Positions 11,315 through 21,673 of a stretch of DNA of 39,355 nt are shown in pieces. The DNA comes from Escherichia phage JB01. Each line of letters starts with the position of its first letter. Positions within the stretch are counted from its first letter, which is position 1. The notes under the pieces are model-generated. The model was not told where the DNA came from, made no database searches, and saw only the letters and a program-made list of their open reading frames with translations. Position numbers and translations under genes: made by a program. The stretch lies in the sequence record MW074885. One strand, given 5' to 3'.

Positions 11315-12925
11315 ATGGCTGAGAAGCGTACAGGTCTAGCCGAGGAAGGCGCAAAGTCGGTCTATGAGCGATTAAAGAACGACCGCGCTCCTTATGAGAC
11401 TCGTGCTCAAAACTGCGCTCAGTACACCATTCCGTCCCTCTTCCCTAAGGACTCCGATAACTCATCCACAGACTACACGACTCCGTGGCAAGCTGTGGGT
11501 GCTCGCGGTCTCAATAACTTGGCCTCTAAGCTCATGCTGGCTCTCTTCCCGATGCAAACGTGGATGAAACTGACCATCTCTGAGTATGAGGCTAAACAGT
11601 TACTGAATGACCCCGATGGACTCGCTAAGGTCGATGAGGGCCTCTCGATGGTAGAGCGTATCATCATGAACTACATTGAGTCTAACAGTTACCGAGTGAC
11701 TCTCTTTGAGGCTCTCAAGCAGTTAGTCGTAGCGGGTAACGTCCTGCTGTACCTACCGGAACCAGAAGGGTCAAACTATAATCCCATGAAGCTGTATCGA
11801 TTGTCTTCTTATGTGGTCCAACGAGACGCATTCGGCAACGTTCTGCAAATGGTGACTCGTGACCAGATAGCTTTTGGCGCTCTCCCTGAGGACATCCGTA
11901 AGGCTGTAGAAGGTCAAGGTGGTGAGAAGAAAGCCGATGAGACCATCGACGTGTACACTCACATCTATCTGGATGAGGACTCAGGCGAATACCTCCGGTA
12001 CGAAGAGGTCGAGGGTATGGAAGTTCAAGGCTCCGATGGGTCTTACCCCAAAGAGGCTTGCCCGTACATCCCGATTCGAATGGTTCGTCTGGATGGTGAA
12101 TCCTACGGTCGTTCGTACATTGAGGAATACTTAGGTGACTTACGGTCCCTTGAGAATCTCCAAGAGGCTATCGTCAAGATGTCCATGATTAGCTCTAAGG
12201 TTATCGGCTTAGTGAATCCTGCTGGCATCACCCAGCCACGCCGACTGACCAAAGCTCAGACTGGTGACTTCGTTACTGGTCGTCCAGAAGACATCTCGTT
12301 CCTCCAACTGGAGAAGCAAGCAGACTTTACTGTAGCTAAAGCCGTAAGTGACGCTATCGAGGCTCGCCTTTCGTTTGCCTTTATGTTGAACTCTGCGGTT
12401 CAGCGCACAGGTGAGCGTGTGACCGCCGAAGAGATTCGGTACGTTGCGTCAGAACTAGAAGATACTTTGGGTGGTGTCTACTCCATCCTTTCTCAAGAAT
12501 TACAATTGCCTCTGGTACGAGTGCTCTTGAAGCAACTACAAGCCACGCAACAGATTCCTGAGTTACCTAAGGAAGCCGTAGAGCCAACTATTAGCACAGG
12601 TCTGGAAGCAATCGGTCGTGGTCAAGACCTTGATAAGCTGGAGCGTTGTGTCGCTGCGTGGGCTGCACTGGCTCCTATGCGTGATGACCCTGACATCAAC
12701 CTTGCGATGATTAAGCTGCGAATTGCTAACGCTATCGGTATTGACACTTCTGGTATTCTACTCACCGAAGAACAGAAGCAACAGAAGATGGCCCAACAGT
12801 CTATGCAAATGGGTATGGATAATGGTGCTGCTGCGCTGGCTCAAGGTATGGCTGCACAAGCTACAGCTTCACCTGAGGCTATGGCTGCTGCCGCTGATTC
12901 CGTAGGTTTACAGCCGGGCATTTAA
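11315..12925 (+). CDS. 8: gp8 portal (head-tail connector) protein
   Basis: 536 aa, same length as the T7 portal. Confidence 0.97.
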   Translation: MAEKRTGLAEEGAKSVYERLKNDRAPYETRAQNCAQYTIPSLFPKDSDNSSTDYTTPWQAVGARGLNNLASKLMLALFPMQTWMKLTISEYEAKQLLNDPDGLAKVDEGLSMVERIIMNYIESNSYRVTLFEALKQLVVAGNVLLYLPEPEGSNYNPMKLYRLSSYVVQRDAFGNVLQMVTRDQIAFGALPEDIRKAVEGQGGEKKADETIDVYTHIYLDEDSGEYLRYEEVEGMEVQGSDGSYPKEACPYIPIRMVRLDGESYGRSYIEEYLGDLRSLENLQEAIVKMSMISSKVIGLVNPAGITQPRRLTKAQTGDFVTGRPEDISFLQLEKQADFTVAKAVSDAIEARLSFAFMLNSAVQRTGERVTAEEIRYVASELEDTLGGVYSILSQELQLPLVRVLLKQLQATQQIPELPKEAVEPTISTGLEAIGRGQDLDKLERCVAAWAALAPMRDDPDINLAMIKLRIANAIGIDTSGILLTEEQKQQKMAQQSMQMGMDNGAAALAQGMAAQATASPEAMAAAADSVGLQPGI

Positions 12926-12945
12926 TACGACTCACTATAGGGAGA
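12923..12945 (+). promoter_or_regulatory. phage RNAP promoter phi9 (class III)
   Basis: taatacgactcactatagggaga overlapping the gene 8 stop. Confidence 0.9.
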
Positions 12946-13024
12946 CCTCATCTTTGAAATGAGCGATGACAAGAGGTTGGAGTCCTCGGTCTTCCTGTGG
13001 TTCAACTTTAAGGAGACAATAATA

Positions 13025-13948
13025 ATGGCTGAATCTAATGCAGACGTATATGCATCTTTTGGCGTGAACTCCGCTGTGATGTCTGGTGGTTCCGTTGAGG
13101 AACATGAGCAGAATATGCTGGCTCTCGATGTTGCTGCCCGTGACGGCGATGATGCAATCGAGTTAGCGTCCGACGAAGCGGAAACTGAACGTGACCTGTA
13201 TGACAACTCTGACCCATTCGGTCAAGAGGACGATGAGGGGCGCATTCAGGTTCGCATTGGCGATGGCTCTGAGCCGACCGATGTGGACGCTGGAGAAGAA
13301 GACTTCGAGGGCACCGAAGGTTCCGAAGAGTTTACCCCACTGGGTGAGACTCCAGAAGAACTGGTAGCTGCCTCTGAGCAACTTGGCGAGCATGAAGAAG
13401 GCTTCCAAGAGATGATTAACATTGCTGCCGAGCGTGGCATGAGTGTTGAGACCATCGAGGCTATCCAGCGTGAGTACGAGGAGAACGAAGAGTTGTCCGC
13501 TGAGTCCTACGCTAAGCTGGCTGAAATTGGCTACACGAAGGCTTTCATTGACTCGTACATTCGTGGTCAAGAAGCTCTGGTGGAGCAGTACGTAAACAGT
13601 GTCATTGAGTACGCTGGTGGTCGTGAACGTTTTGACGCACTGTATAATCACCTTGAGACGCACAACCCTGAGGCTGCACAGTCGCTGGACAATGCGTTGA
13701 CCAATCGTGACTTAGCGACCGTTAAGGCTATCATCAACTTGGCTGGTGAGTCTCGCGCTAAGGCGTTTGGTCGTAAGCCAACTCGTAGTGTGACTAATCG
13801 TGCTATTCCGGCTAAACCTCAAGCTACCAAGCGTGAAGGCTTTGCGGACCGTAGCGAGATGATTAAAGCTATGAGTGACCCTCGGTATCGCACAGATGCC
13901 AACTATCGTCGTCAAGTCGAACAGAAAGTAATCGATTCGAACTTCTGA
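13025..13948 (+). CDS. 9: gp9 capsid assembly (scaffolding) protein
   Basis: 307 aa acidic protein from ATG at 13025 with aaggaga SD; ORF-track start at 12959 rejected. Confidence 0.95.
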   Translation: MAESNADVYASFGVNSAVMSGGSVEEHEQNMLALDVAARDGDDAIELASDEAETERDLYDNSDPFGQEDDEGRIQVRIGDGSEPTDVDAGEEDFEGTEGSEEFTPLGETPEELVAASEQLGEHEEGFQEMINIAAERGMSVETIEAIQREYEENEELSAESYAKLAEIGYTKAFIDSYIRGQEALVEQYVNSVIEYAGGRERFDALYNHLETHNPEAAQSLDNALTNRDLATVKAIINLAGESRAKAFGRKPTRSVTNRAIPAKPQATKREGFADRSEMIKAMSDPRYRTDANYRRQVEQKVIDSNF

Positions 13949-13961
13949 TAGACTCTGAAAT

Positions 13962-13984
13962 TAATACGACTCACTATAGGGAGA
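13962..13984 (+). promoter_or_regulatory. phage RNAP promoter phi10 (class III)
   Basis: taatacgactcactatagggaga plus ccacaacggtttccc leader hairpin and strong SD aagaaggaga. Confidence 0.92.
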
Positions 13985-14046
13985 CCACAACGGTTTCCCT
14001 CTGGAAATAATTCTTTGTTTAACTTTCTTAAGAAGGAGACACATAT

Positions 14047-15078
14047 ATGGCTACTATGACTGGTGGACAGCAACTGGGTACTAACCAAGGTAAAGGTCAA
14101 AGTGCTGGTGATAAACTGGCGCTGTTCTTGAAGGTATTTGGCGGTGAAGTTCTGACTGCATTCGCTCGTACCTCTGTGACCACTTCTCGCCACATGACCC
14201 GTTCCATCTCCAGCGGTAAATCCGCTCAGTTCCCTGTACTGGGTCGCACTCAGGCAGCTTACTTGTCTCCGGGTGAGAACCTCGATGATATTCGTAAAGA
14301 CATCAAACACACCGAGAAGACCATCACAATTGATGGCCTCCTGACGGCAGACGTTCTTATTTACGACATTGAGGACGCGATGAACCACTATGACGTTCGC
14401 TCTGAGTATACCTCTCAGTTGGGTGAGTCTCTGGCGATGGCTGCGGATGGTGCGGTTCTGGCAGAGATTGCTGGTCTGTGTAACTTGGTGAGTACCCATA
14501 ACGAGAACATTGAGGGCTTAGGTACTGCTACGGTAATTGAGACCACTCAGCTCAAGACTGCACTTACCGACCAAGTTGCTCTGGGTAAAGAGATCATTGC
14601 GGCTCTGACTAAAGCTCGTGCGGCTCTGACCAAGAACTATGTTCCGGCTGCTGACCGCGTGTTCTACTGTGACCCAGACAGCTACTCTGCGATTCTGGCA
14701 GCACTGATGCCGAACGCGGCAAACTACGCTGCTCTGATTGACCCTGAGAAGGGTTCTATCCGAAACGTTATGGGCTTTGAGGTTGTAGAAGTTCCTCACC
14801 TCACCGCTGGTGGCGCTGGTACCTCTCGCTCGGATGCTACTGGTCAGAAGCACGCCTTCCCTGCCACTAAGAGTGGTAATGATAAGGTTGCTAAGGACAA
14901 CGTTATCGGCCTGTTCATGCACCGCTCTGCTGTAGGTACTGTTAAACTGCGTGACTTAGCTCTGGAGCGCGCTCGCCGTGCTAACTTCCAAGCTGACCAG
15001 ATTATCGCTAAGTACGCAATGGGCCATGGTGGTCTGCGACCAGAAGCTGCTGGTGCAGTGGTTTTCAAGACGGAGTAA
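14047..15078 (+). CDS. 10A: gp10A major capsid protein
   Basis: 343 aa MATMTGGQQLGTNQGKG..., as T7 10A. Confidence 0.97.
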   Translation: MATMTGGQQLGTNQGKGQSAGDKLALFLKVFGGEVLTAFARTSVTTSRHMTRSISSGKSAQFPVLGRTQAAYLSPGENLDDIRKDIKHTEKTITIDGLLTADVLIYDIEDAMNHYDVRSEYTSQLGESLAMAADGAVLAEIAGLCNLVSTHNENIEGLGTATVIETTQLKTALTDQVALGKEIIAALTKARAALTKNYVPAADRVFYCDPDSYSAILAALMPNAANYAALIDPEKGSIRNVMGFEVVEVPHLTAGGAGTSRSDATGQKHAFPATKSGNDKVAKDNVIGLFMHRSAVGTVKLRDLALERARRANFQADQIIAKYAMGHGGLRPEAAGAVVFKTE

Positions 15079-15239
15079 TGCTGGGAGTGACCTCAACGGT
15101 CGCTGCTAGTTCCGAAGAGGTGAGTGTTACTTCAACCGAAGAAACCTTAACGCCAGCACAGAAGGCCGCACGCACCCGCGCTGCTAACAAAGCCCGAAAG
15201 GAAGCTGAGTTGGCTGCCGCTGCCGCTGCTGAGCAATAA
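14047..15239 (+). CDS. 10B: gp10B minor capsid protein via programmed -1 frameshift near 15060-15066
   Basis: -1 frame is open from the GGTTTTC site to TAA at 15237-15239, adding about 53 Ala/Glu-rich residues, as T7 10B. Confidence 0.55.
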
Positions 15240-15246
15240 CTAGCAT

Positions 15247-15286
15247 ACCCCTTGGGGCCTCTAAACGGGTCTTGAGGGGTTTTTTG
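15247..15286 (+). terminator. Tphi terminator for phage RNA polymerase
   Basis: ccccttggggcctctaaacgggtcttgaggggttttttg: GC-rich hairpin followed by a T6 run, just after 10B. Confidence 0.85.
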
Positions 15287-15303
15287 CTTAAAGGAGAAAC
15301 TAT

Positions 15304-15894
15304 ATGCGCTCATACGATATGAACGTTGAGACTGCCGCTGAGTTAGCCGCTGTGAACGACATTCTGGCGTCTATCGGAGAACCTCCGGTATCAACTCTGG
15401 AAGGTGACGCTAACGCAGATGTAGCTAACGCTCGGCGTATTCTCAACAAGATTAACCGACAGATTCAGTCTCGTGGCTGGACGTTCAACATTGAGGAAGG
15501 CATAACGCTATTACCTGATGTTTACTCCAACCTGATTGTATATAGTGACGATTATCTGTCCCTAATGGTTACTTCCGGTCAATCCATCTACGTTAACCGA
15601 GGTGGCTATGTGTATGACCGAACGAGTCAAACAGACCGCTTTGACTCTGGTATTACCGTGAACATTATTCGTCTTCGAGACTACGATGAGATGCCTGAGT
15701 GCTTCCGTTACTGGATTGTCACCAAGGCTTCCCGTCAGTTCAACAACCGATTCTTTGGGGCACCAGAGGTAGAGGGTGTACTTCAAGAAGAGGAAGATGA
15801 AGCTCGACGTCTCTGTATGGAGTACGAAGTGGACTACGGTGGGTACAATATGCTGGATGGTGATGCATTCACCTCTGGTCTACTGACTCGCTAA
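15304..15894 (+). CDS. 11: gp11 tail tubular protein A
   Basis: 196 aa as T7 gp11. Confidence 0.95.
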   Translation: MRSYDMNVETAAELAAVNDILASIGEPPVSTLEGDANADVANARRILNKINRQIQSRGWTFNIEEGITLLPDVYSNLIVYSDDYLSLMVTSGQSIYVNRGGYVYDRTSQTDRFDSGITVNIIRLRDYDEMPECFRYWIVTKASRQFNNRFFGAPEVEGVLQEEEDEARRLCMEYEVDYGGYNMLDGDAFTSGLLTR

Positions 15895-15914
15895 TAATCG
15901 ATAAGGAGGCTCTA

Positions 15915-18305
15915 ATGGCACTCATTAGCCAATCAATCAAGAACTTGAAGGGTGGTATCAGTCAACAGCCTGACATCCTTCGTTATCCCGACCAAGGGTC
16001 ACGCCAAGTTAACGGTTGGTCTTCGGAGACCGAGGGCCTCCAAAAGCGTCCACCTCTGGTTTTCCTTAAGACACTGGGAGGAAGTGGTGACTTAGGACAA
16101 GCACCTCTCATTCACCTGATAAACCGTGACGAGTACGAGAGGTACTACGCAGTGTTTACAGGAAGTACCATCCGAGTTTTCGATTTAGCTGGTAACGAGA
16201 AACAAGTGCGTTTCCCTACAGGGGCAGCATATGTACAGACAGCTAACCCACGGAATGACCTTAGGATGGTAACAGTTGCCGACTACACGTTTATCGTTAA
16301 CAGAAACGTAACCGTAACCGAGTCCACCGAAATTTCAACTGGTGGTAACTTTAGGGATAAAGGAGACGCGCTTGTTAACGTGCGAGGCGGTCAGTATGGA
16401 AGAACGTTGAAGGTGCTGATTAATGGTACAGTATATGCATCGTACACAATCCCTAACGGGTCCGCTCCAGAACACGTCAACAATACTGATGCTCAATGGC
16501 TGGCTAACGAGTTGGCTACTCAACTCAGGAACAACCTAGGACCACACGGGTGGACATTCAACGTTGGTCAAGGGTTCATTCACGTAATAGCTCCTGCCAA
16601 CGGTGAGGTAGCCAACATATCAACCGAGGATGGATACGCAGACCAGCTAATTAACCCTGTCACGCACTACGCTCAGTCGTTCTCTAAGTTGCCACCAAAC
16701 GCTCCAGATGGCTACATGGTTAAGATTGTGGGAGATGCCTCAAAGTCCGCTGACCAGTATTACGTTCAGTATGATGCCAGTCGTAAGGTATGGAAGGAAG
16801 TTGTTGGGTGGAACACCAAGCTGCACTACACTCATGCTACGATGCCTCACGCTCTCATTAGGGCCTCTGACGGTAACTTTGAGTTCAAGACCATCTCGTG
16901 GAACCCTAGGGTGTGCGGTGATGTTGATACTAACCCGTATCCTTCATTCGTAGGCTCTACGATTAATGATGTCTTCTTCTTCCGTAACCGTTTAGGATTC
17001 CTTAGCGGAGAGAACATCATATTGAGTCGTACTGCAAAATACTTCAACTTCTTCCCAGCGTCGGTTGCTAACCTAAGTGATGACGACCCTATAGACGTAG
17101 CTGTGAGTACCAACCGAATAGCAATCCTTAAGTACGCCGTTCCATTCTCAGAAGAGTTGCTCATCTGGTCCGATGAAGCACAATTCGTCCTGACTGCTTC
17201 TGGTACGCTTACTTCACGTTCCGTTGAGTTGAACCTAACGACCCAGTTTGATGTACAGGACCGAGCGAGACCTTATGGGATTGGGCGCAATGTCTACTTT
17301 GCTAGTCCGAGGTCCAGCTACACGTCCATCCACAGGTACTACGCTGTGCAGGATGTCAGTTCCGTTAAGAACTCTGAGGACATCACAGCACACGTTCCTA
17401 ACTACATCCCTAATGGTGTGTTTAGTATCTGCGGTAGCGGTACGGAAAACTTCTGTTCGGTACTATCTCACGGCGACCCTAGCAAAATCTTCATGTACAA
17501 ATTCCTGTACCTGAACGAAGAGTTAAGGCAACAGTCGTGGTCTCACTGGGACTTTGGTGAAAACGTACAGGTTCTAGCTTGTCAGAGTATCAACTCAGAT
17601 ATGTATGTGATTCTTCGTAATGAGTTCAATACGTTCCTAGCTAAAATATCTTTCACTAAGAACGCCATTGACTTACAAGGTGAACCTTATCGTGCCTTTA
17701 TGGACATGAAGATTCGCTACACGATTCCAAGCGGAACGTACAACGATGACACCTACGAAACTTCCATTCACATACCGACCATTTATGGTGCGAACTTCGG
17801 GAGGGGCAAAATCACCGTATTGGAGCCTGATGGTAAGATAACCGTATTTGAGCAACCAACTGCTGGATGGAATAGCGACCCTTGGCTGAGACTCAACGGT
17901 AACTTAGAGGGACGAACGGTATACATTGGGTTCAACATTAACTTCGTCTATGAGTTCTCTAAGTTTCTCATCAAGCAGACTGCCGACGACGGGTCTACCT
18001 CCACGGAAGACATTGGTCGCTTACAGTTACGCCGAGCGTGGGTTAACTATGAGGAGTCTGGTACGTTCGATATTTATGTTGAGAACCAATCGTCCAACTG
18101 GAAGTACACAATGGCTGGTGCTCGCTTAGGCTCTAACACTCTGAGGGCTGGGCGATTGAACTTAGGTACTGGACAATACCGATTCCCTGTGGTTGGTAAC
18201 GCCAAGTTCAATACCGTGTCCATCTTGTCTGATGAGACTACCCCGCTGAACATCATTGGGTGTGGCTGGGAAGGTAACTACTTACGGAGAAGTTCCGGTA
18301 TTTAA
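15915..18305 (+). CDS. 12: gp12 tail tubular protein B
   Basis: 796 aa; T7 gp12-like throughout. Confidence 0.95.
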   Translation: MALISQSIKNLKGGISQQPDILRYPDQGSRQVNGWSSETEGLQKRPPLVFLKTLGGSGDLGQAPLIHLINRDEYERYYAVFTGSTIRVFDLAGNEKQVRFPTGAAYVQTANPRNDLRMVTVADYTFIVNRNVTVTESTEISTGGNFRDKGDALVNVRGGQYGRTLKVLINGTVYASYTIPNGSAPEHVNNTDAQWLANELATQLRNNLGPHGWTFNVGQGFIHVIAPANGEVANISTEDGYADQLINPVTHYAQSFSKLPPNAPDGYMVKIVGDASKSADQYYVQYDASRKVWKEVVGWNTKLHYTHATMPHALIRASDGNFEFKTISWNPRVCGDVDTNPYPSFVGSTINDVFFFRNRLGFLSGENIILSRTAKYFNFFPASVANLSDDDPIDVAVSTNRIAILKYAVPFSEELLIWSDEAQFVLTASGTLTSRSVELNLTTQFDVQDRARPYGIGRNVYFASPRSSYTSIHRYYAVQDVSSVKNSEDITAHVPNYIPNGVFSICGSGTENFCSVLSHGDPSKIFMYKFLYLNEELRQQSWSHWDFGENVQVLACQSINSDMYVILRNEFNTFLAKISFTKNAIDLQGEPYRAFMDMKIRYTIPSGTYNDDTYETSIHIPTIYGANFGRGKITVLEPDGKITVFEQPTAGWNSDPWLRLNGNLEGRTVYIGFNINFVYEFSKFLIKQTADDGSTSTEDIGRLQLRRAWVNYEESGTFDIYVENQSSNWKYTMAGARLGSNTLRAGRLNLGTGQYRFPVVGNAKFNTVSILSDETTPLNIIGCGWEGNYLRRSSGI

Positions 18306-18310
18306 TTAAA

Positions 18311-18361
18311 TGTTCTCCCTGTGGTGGTTCGAAATTAATACGACTCACTATAGGGAGAACA
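18311..18361 (+). promoter_or_regulatory. 10-bp inverted repeat bracketing phi13 (R13-like processing hairpin)
   Basis: tgttctccct (18311-18320) is the exact reverse complement of agggagaaca (18352-18361). Confidence 0.45.
18336..18358 (+). promoter_or_regulatory. phage RNAP promoter phi13 (class III)
   Basis: taatacgactcactatagggaga. Confidence 0.9.
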
Positions 18362-18385
18362 ATACGACTACGGGAGGGTTTTCTT

Positions 18386-18802
18386 ATGATGATTATAAGA
18401 CCTACTAAAAGTACAGACTTTGAGGTATTCACTCCGGCTCACCATGACATTCTTGAAGCTAAGGCTGCTGGTATTGAGCCGAGTTTCCCTGATGCTTCCG
18501 AGTGTGTCACGTTGAGCCTCTATGGTTTCCCTCTAGCTATCGGTGGCAACTGTGGGGACCAGTGCTGGTTCGTTACAAGTGACCAAGTGTGGCGACTTAG
18601 TGGAAAAGCTAAGCGAGAGTTCCGTAAGTTAATCATGGAGTATCGCGATAAGATGCTTGAGAAGTATGATACTCTTTGGAATTACGTATGGGTAGGCAAT
18701 ACGTCACACATTCGTTTCCTCAAGACTATCGGTGCGGTATTCCATGAAGAGTACACACGGGATGGTCAATTTCAATTATTCACAATAACGAAAGGAGGAT
18801 AA
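18386..18802 (+). CDS. 13: gp13 internal virion protein
   Basis: 138 aa as T7 gp13. Confidence 0.9.
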   Translation: MMIIRPTKSTDFEVFTPAHHDILEAKAAGIEPSFPDASECVTLSLYGFPLAIGGNCGDQCWFVTSDQVWRLSGKAKREFRKLIMEYRDKMLEKYDTLWNYVWVGNTSHIRFLKTIGAVFHEEYTRDGQFQLFTITKGG

Positions 18803-18806
18803 CCAT

Positions 18807-19397
18807 ATGTGTTGGATGGCTGCAATTCCTATCGCATTGGCTGGTGCTCAGGCTATCAGTGGTCAGAACACTCAGGCAAAAATGATTGCCGCTCAGACCG
18901 CTGCTGGTCGTCGTCAAGCTATGGAAATCATGAAGCAGACGAACATCCAGAATGCTGACCTATCGCTGCAAGCTCGAAGTAAACTTGAGGAAGCGTCCTC
19001 TGAGTTGACCTCACAGAACATGCAGAAGGTTCAAGCTATGGGGTCTATCCGAGCGGCTATCGGAGAGAGTATGCTAGAAGGTTCCTCAATGGACCGCATT
19101 AAGCGAGTAACAGAAGGACAGTTCATTCGGGAAGCCAATATGGTAACTGAGAACTATCGTCGTGACTATCAAGCAATCTTCGCACAGCAACTTGGTGGCA
19201 CTCAAAGTGCTGCAAGCCAGATTGATGAAATCTATAAGGGCGAGCAGAAACAGAAGAGCAAGCTACAGATGGTTCTGGACCCACTGGCTATCATGGGGTC
19301 TTCCGCTGCGAGTGCTTATGCATCCGGTGCGTTCGACTCTAAGTCAACCACTAAGGCACCTATTGTTGCCGCTAAAGGAACCAAGACGGGGAGGTAA
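18807..19397 (+). CDS. 14: gp14 internal virion protein A
   Basis: 196 aa as T7 gp14. Confidence 0.92.
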   Translation: MCWMAAIPIALAGAQAISGQNTQAKMIAAQTAAGRRQAMEIMKQTNIQNADLSLQARSKLEEASSELTSQNMQKVQAMGSIRAAIGESMLEGSSMDRIKRVTEGQFIREANMVTENYRRDYQAIFAQQLGGTQSAASQIDEIYKGEQKQKSKLQMVLDPLAIMGSSAASAYASGAFDSKSTTKAPIVAAKGTKTGR

Positions 19398-19403
19398 TGA
19401 GAT

Positions 19404-21647
19404 ATGAGTAAAATTGAATCTGCCCTTCAAGCGGCACAACCGGGACTCTCTCGGTTACGTAGTGGCGCTGGTGGTATGGGCTATCGTGCGGCAACCACTC
19501 AGGCTGAACAGCCACGGTCAAGCCTATTGGACACCATTGGTCGGTTCGCTAAGGCTGGTGCTGATTTGTATGCCGCTAAGGAACAGAGAGCACGAGACCT
19601 AGCTGACGAACGTTCTAACGAGATTATCCGTAAGCTGACTCCTGAGCAACGCCGAGAGGCTCTCAACAACGGGACCCTTCTGTATCAGGATGACCCATAC
19701 GCTATGGAAGCACTCCGAGTCAAGACTGGTCGCAACGCTGCGTACCTTGTGGACGATGACGTTATGCAGAAGGTCAAAGAGGGTGTCTTCCGTACTCGTG
19801 AGGAGATGGAACAGTATCGCCATAGTCGTCTTCAAGAGGGCGCTAAGGCATACGCTGAGCAGTTCGGTATTGACCCTGAGGACGTTGACTATCAGCGTGG
19901 TTTCAATGGGGACATTACCGAGCGTAACATCTCGCTGTATGGCGCACACGATAACTTCTTGAGCCAGCAAGCTCAGAAGGGTGCCATCATGAACAGCCGA
20001 GTGGAACTCAACGGTGTCCTTCAAGACCCTGATATGCTGCGTCGTCCAGACTCTGCTGACTTCTTTGAGAAGTACATCGACAACGGTCTGGTTACTGGGG
20101 CAATCCCATCGGACGCTCAAGCCACACAGCTTATAAGCCAAGCGTTCAGTGACGCTTCTAGCCGTGCTGGTGGTGCTGACTTCCTGATGCGAGTCGGTGA
20201 CAAGAAGGTAACACTTAACGGAGCCACTACGACTTACCGAGAGTTGATGGGTGAGGAACAGTGGAATGCTCTAATGGTGACAGCACAACGCTCTCAGTTT
20301 GAGAATGACGCTAAGCTGAACGAGCAGTATCGCTTGAAGATTAACTCTGCGATGAACCAAGAGGACCCTCGTACTGCGTGGGAGATGCTTCAAGGTATCA
20401 AGGCTGAACTCGATAAGATTCAACCTGATGAGCAGATGACACCACAACGTGAGTGGCTAATCTCTGCACAGGAGCAAGTTCAGAACCAGATGAACGCATG
20501 GACGAAAGCTCAGGCCAAGGATCTGGATGATTCCATGAAGTCTATGAACAAACTTGAAGTAATCGACAAGCAGTTCCAGAAGCGAATCAACGGTGAGTGG
20601 GTCTCAACGGACTTTAAGGATATGCCAGTCAACGAGAACACTGGTGAGTTCAAGCATAGCGATATGGTTAACTACGCCAATAAGAAGCTCGCTGAGATTG
20701 ACCGAATGGACATCCAAGATAGTGCCAAGGACATGATGAAGTTAAAATACCTTCAAGCGGACTCTAAGGACGGTGCCTTCCGTACAGCAATCGGGACTAT
20801 GGTGACTGACGCTAGTCAAGAGTGGTCTGCCGCTGTGATTAACGGTAAGATACCAGAACGGACCCCAGCTTTGGATGCTCTGCGTAGAATCCGTAATGCC
20901 GACCCCCAGTTGATTGCTGCGCTATACCCAGACCAAGCTGAGCTATTCCTGACGATGGACATGATGGACAAGCAGGGTATTGACCCTCAGGTTATTCTTG
21001 ATGCCGACAGACTGACTGTTAAGCGGTCCAAAGAGCAACGCTTTGAGGACGATAAAGCATTCGAGTCTGCATTGAATGCATCTAAGGCTCCTGAGATTGC
21101 CCGTATGCCAGCGTCACTTCGCGAATCTGCACGTAAGATTTATGACTCAGTTAAGTATCGCTCAGGGAACGAAAGCATGGCTATGGAGCAGATGACCAAG
21201 TTCCTTCAGGAATCTACCTACACGTTCACTGGTGATGATGTTGATGGAGATACCATTGGTGTGATTCCGAAGAACATGATGCAAGTCAACTCTGACCCGA
21301 AATCATGGGAGCAAGGTCGGGATATTCTGGAGGAAGCACGTAAGGGAATCATTGCGAGCAACCAGTGGATAACCAACAAGCAACTGACCATGTATTCTCA
21401 AGGTGATTCCATTTACCTCATGGATACCACTGGTCAAGTCCGCGTCCGTTATGATAAAGAGTTACTCTCGAAGGTCTGGAGTGAGAACCAGAAGAAACTC
21501 GAAGAGAAGGCTCGCGAGAAGGCTCTGGCTGATGCTAACAAGCGAGCACCTATAGTTGCCGCTACCAAGGCCCGTGAAGCTGGTGCTAAACGAGTCCGAG
21601 AGAAACGTAAACAGACTCCGAAGTTCATCTATGGACGCAAGGAGTAA
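19404..21647 (+). CDS. 15: gp15 internal virion protein B
   Basis: 747 aa as T7 gp15. Confidence 0.95.
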   Translation: MSKIESALQAAQPGLSRLRSGAGGMGYRAATTQAEQPRSSLLDTIGRFAKAGADLYAAKEQRARDLADERSNEIIRKLTPEQRREALNNGTLLYQDDPYAMEALRVKTGRNAAYLVDDDVMQKVKEGVFRTREEMEQYRHSRLQEGAKAYAEQFGIDPEDVDYQRGFNGDITERNISLYGAHDNFLSQQAQKGAIMNSRVELNGVLQDPDMLRRPDSADFFEKYIDNGLVTGAIPSDAQATQLISQAFSDASSRAGGADFLMRVGDKKVTLNGATTTYRELMGEEQWNALMVTAQRSQFENDAKLNEQYRLKINSAMNQEDPRTAWEMLQGIKAELDKIQPDEQMTPQREWLISAQEQVQNQMNAWTKAQAKDLDDSMKSMNKLEVIDKQFQKRINGEWVSTDFKDMPVNENTGEFKHSDMVNYANKKLAEIDRMDIQDSAKDMMKLKYLQADSKDGAFRTAIGTMVTDASQEWSAAVINGKIPERTPALDALRRIRNADPQLIAALYPDQAELFLTMDMMDKQGIDPQVILDADRLTVKRSKEQRFEDDKAFESALNASKAPEIARMPASLRESARKIYDSVKYRSGNESMAMEQMTKFLQESTYTFTGDDVDGDTIGVIPKNMMQVNSDPKSWEQGRDILEEARKGIIASNQWITNKQLTMYSQGDSIYLMDTTGQVRVRYDKELLSKVWSENQKKLEEKAREKALADANKRAPIVAATKAREAGAKRVREKRKQTPKFIYGRKE

Positions 21648-21673
21648 CTAAAGGCTACATAAGGAGGCCCTAA

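Noticed and set aside
10811-11354. Two overlapping minus-strand ORFs (161 and 154 aa) across gene 7.3
   Set aside because: Antisense to gene 7.3; probably a by-product of its Ala/Gly/Lys-rich codon composition.
13962-14060. Sequence resembling the leader of pET expression vectors (taatacgactcactatagggagaccacaacggtttccctct...aagaaggaga), which might indicate vector contamination
   Set aside because: pET vectors took this region from the phage phi10/gene 10 leader; here it sits in native context between gene 9 and the capsid gene, and has several differences from the vector version.
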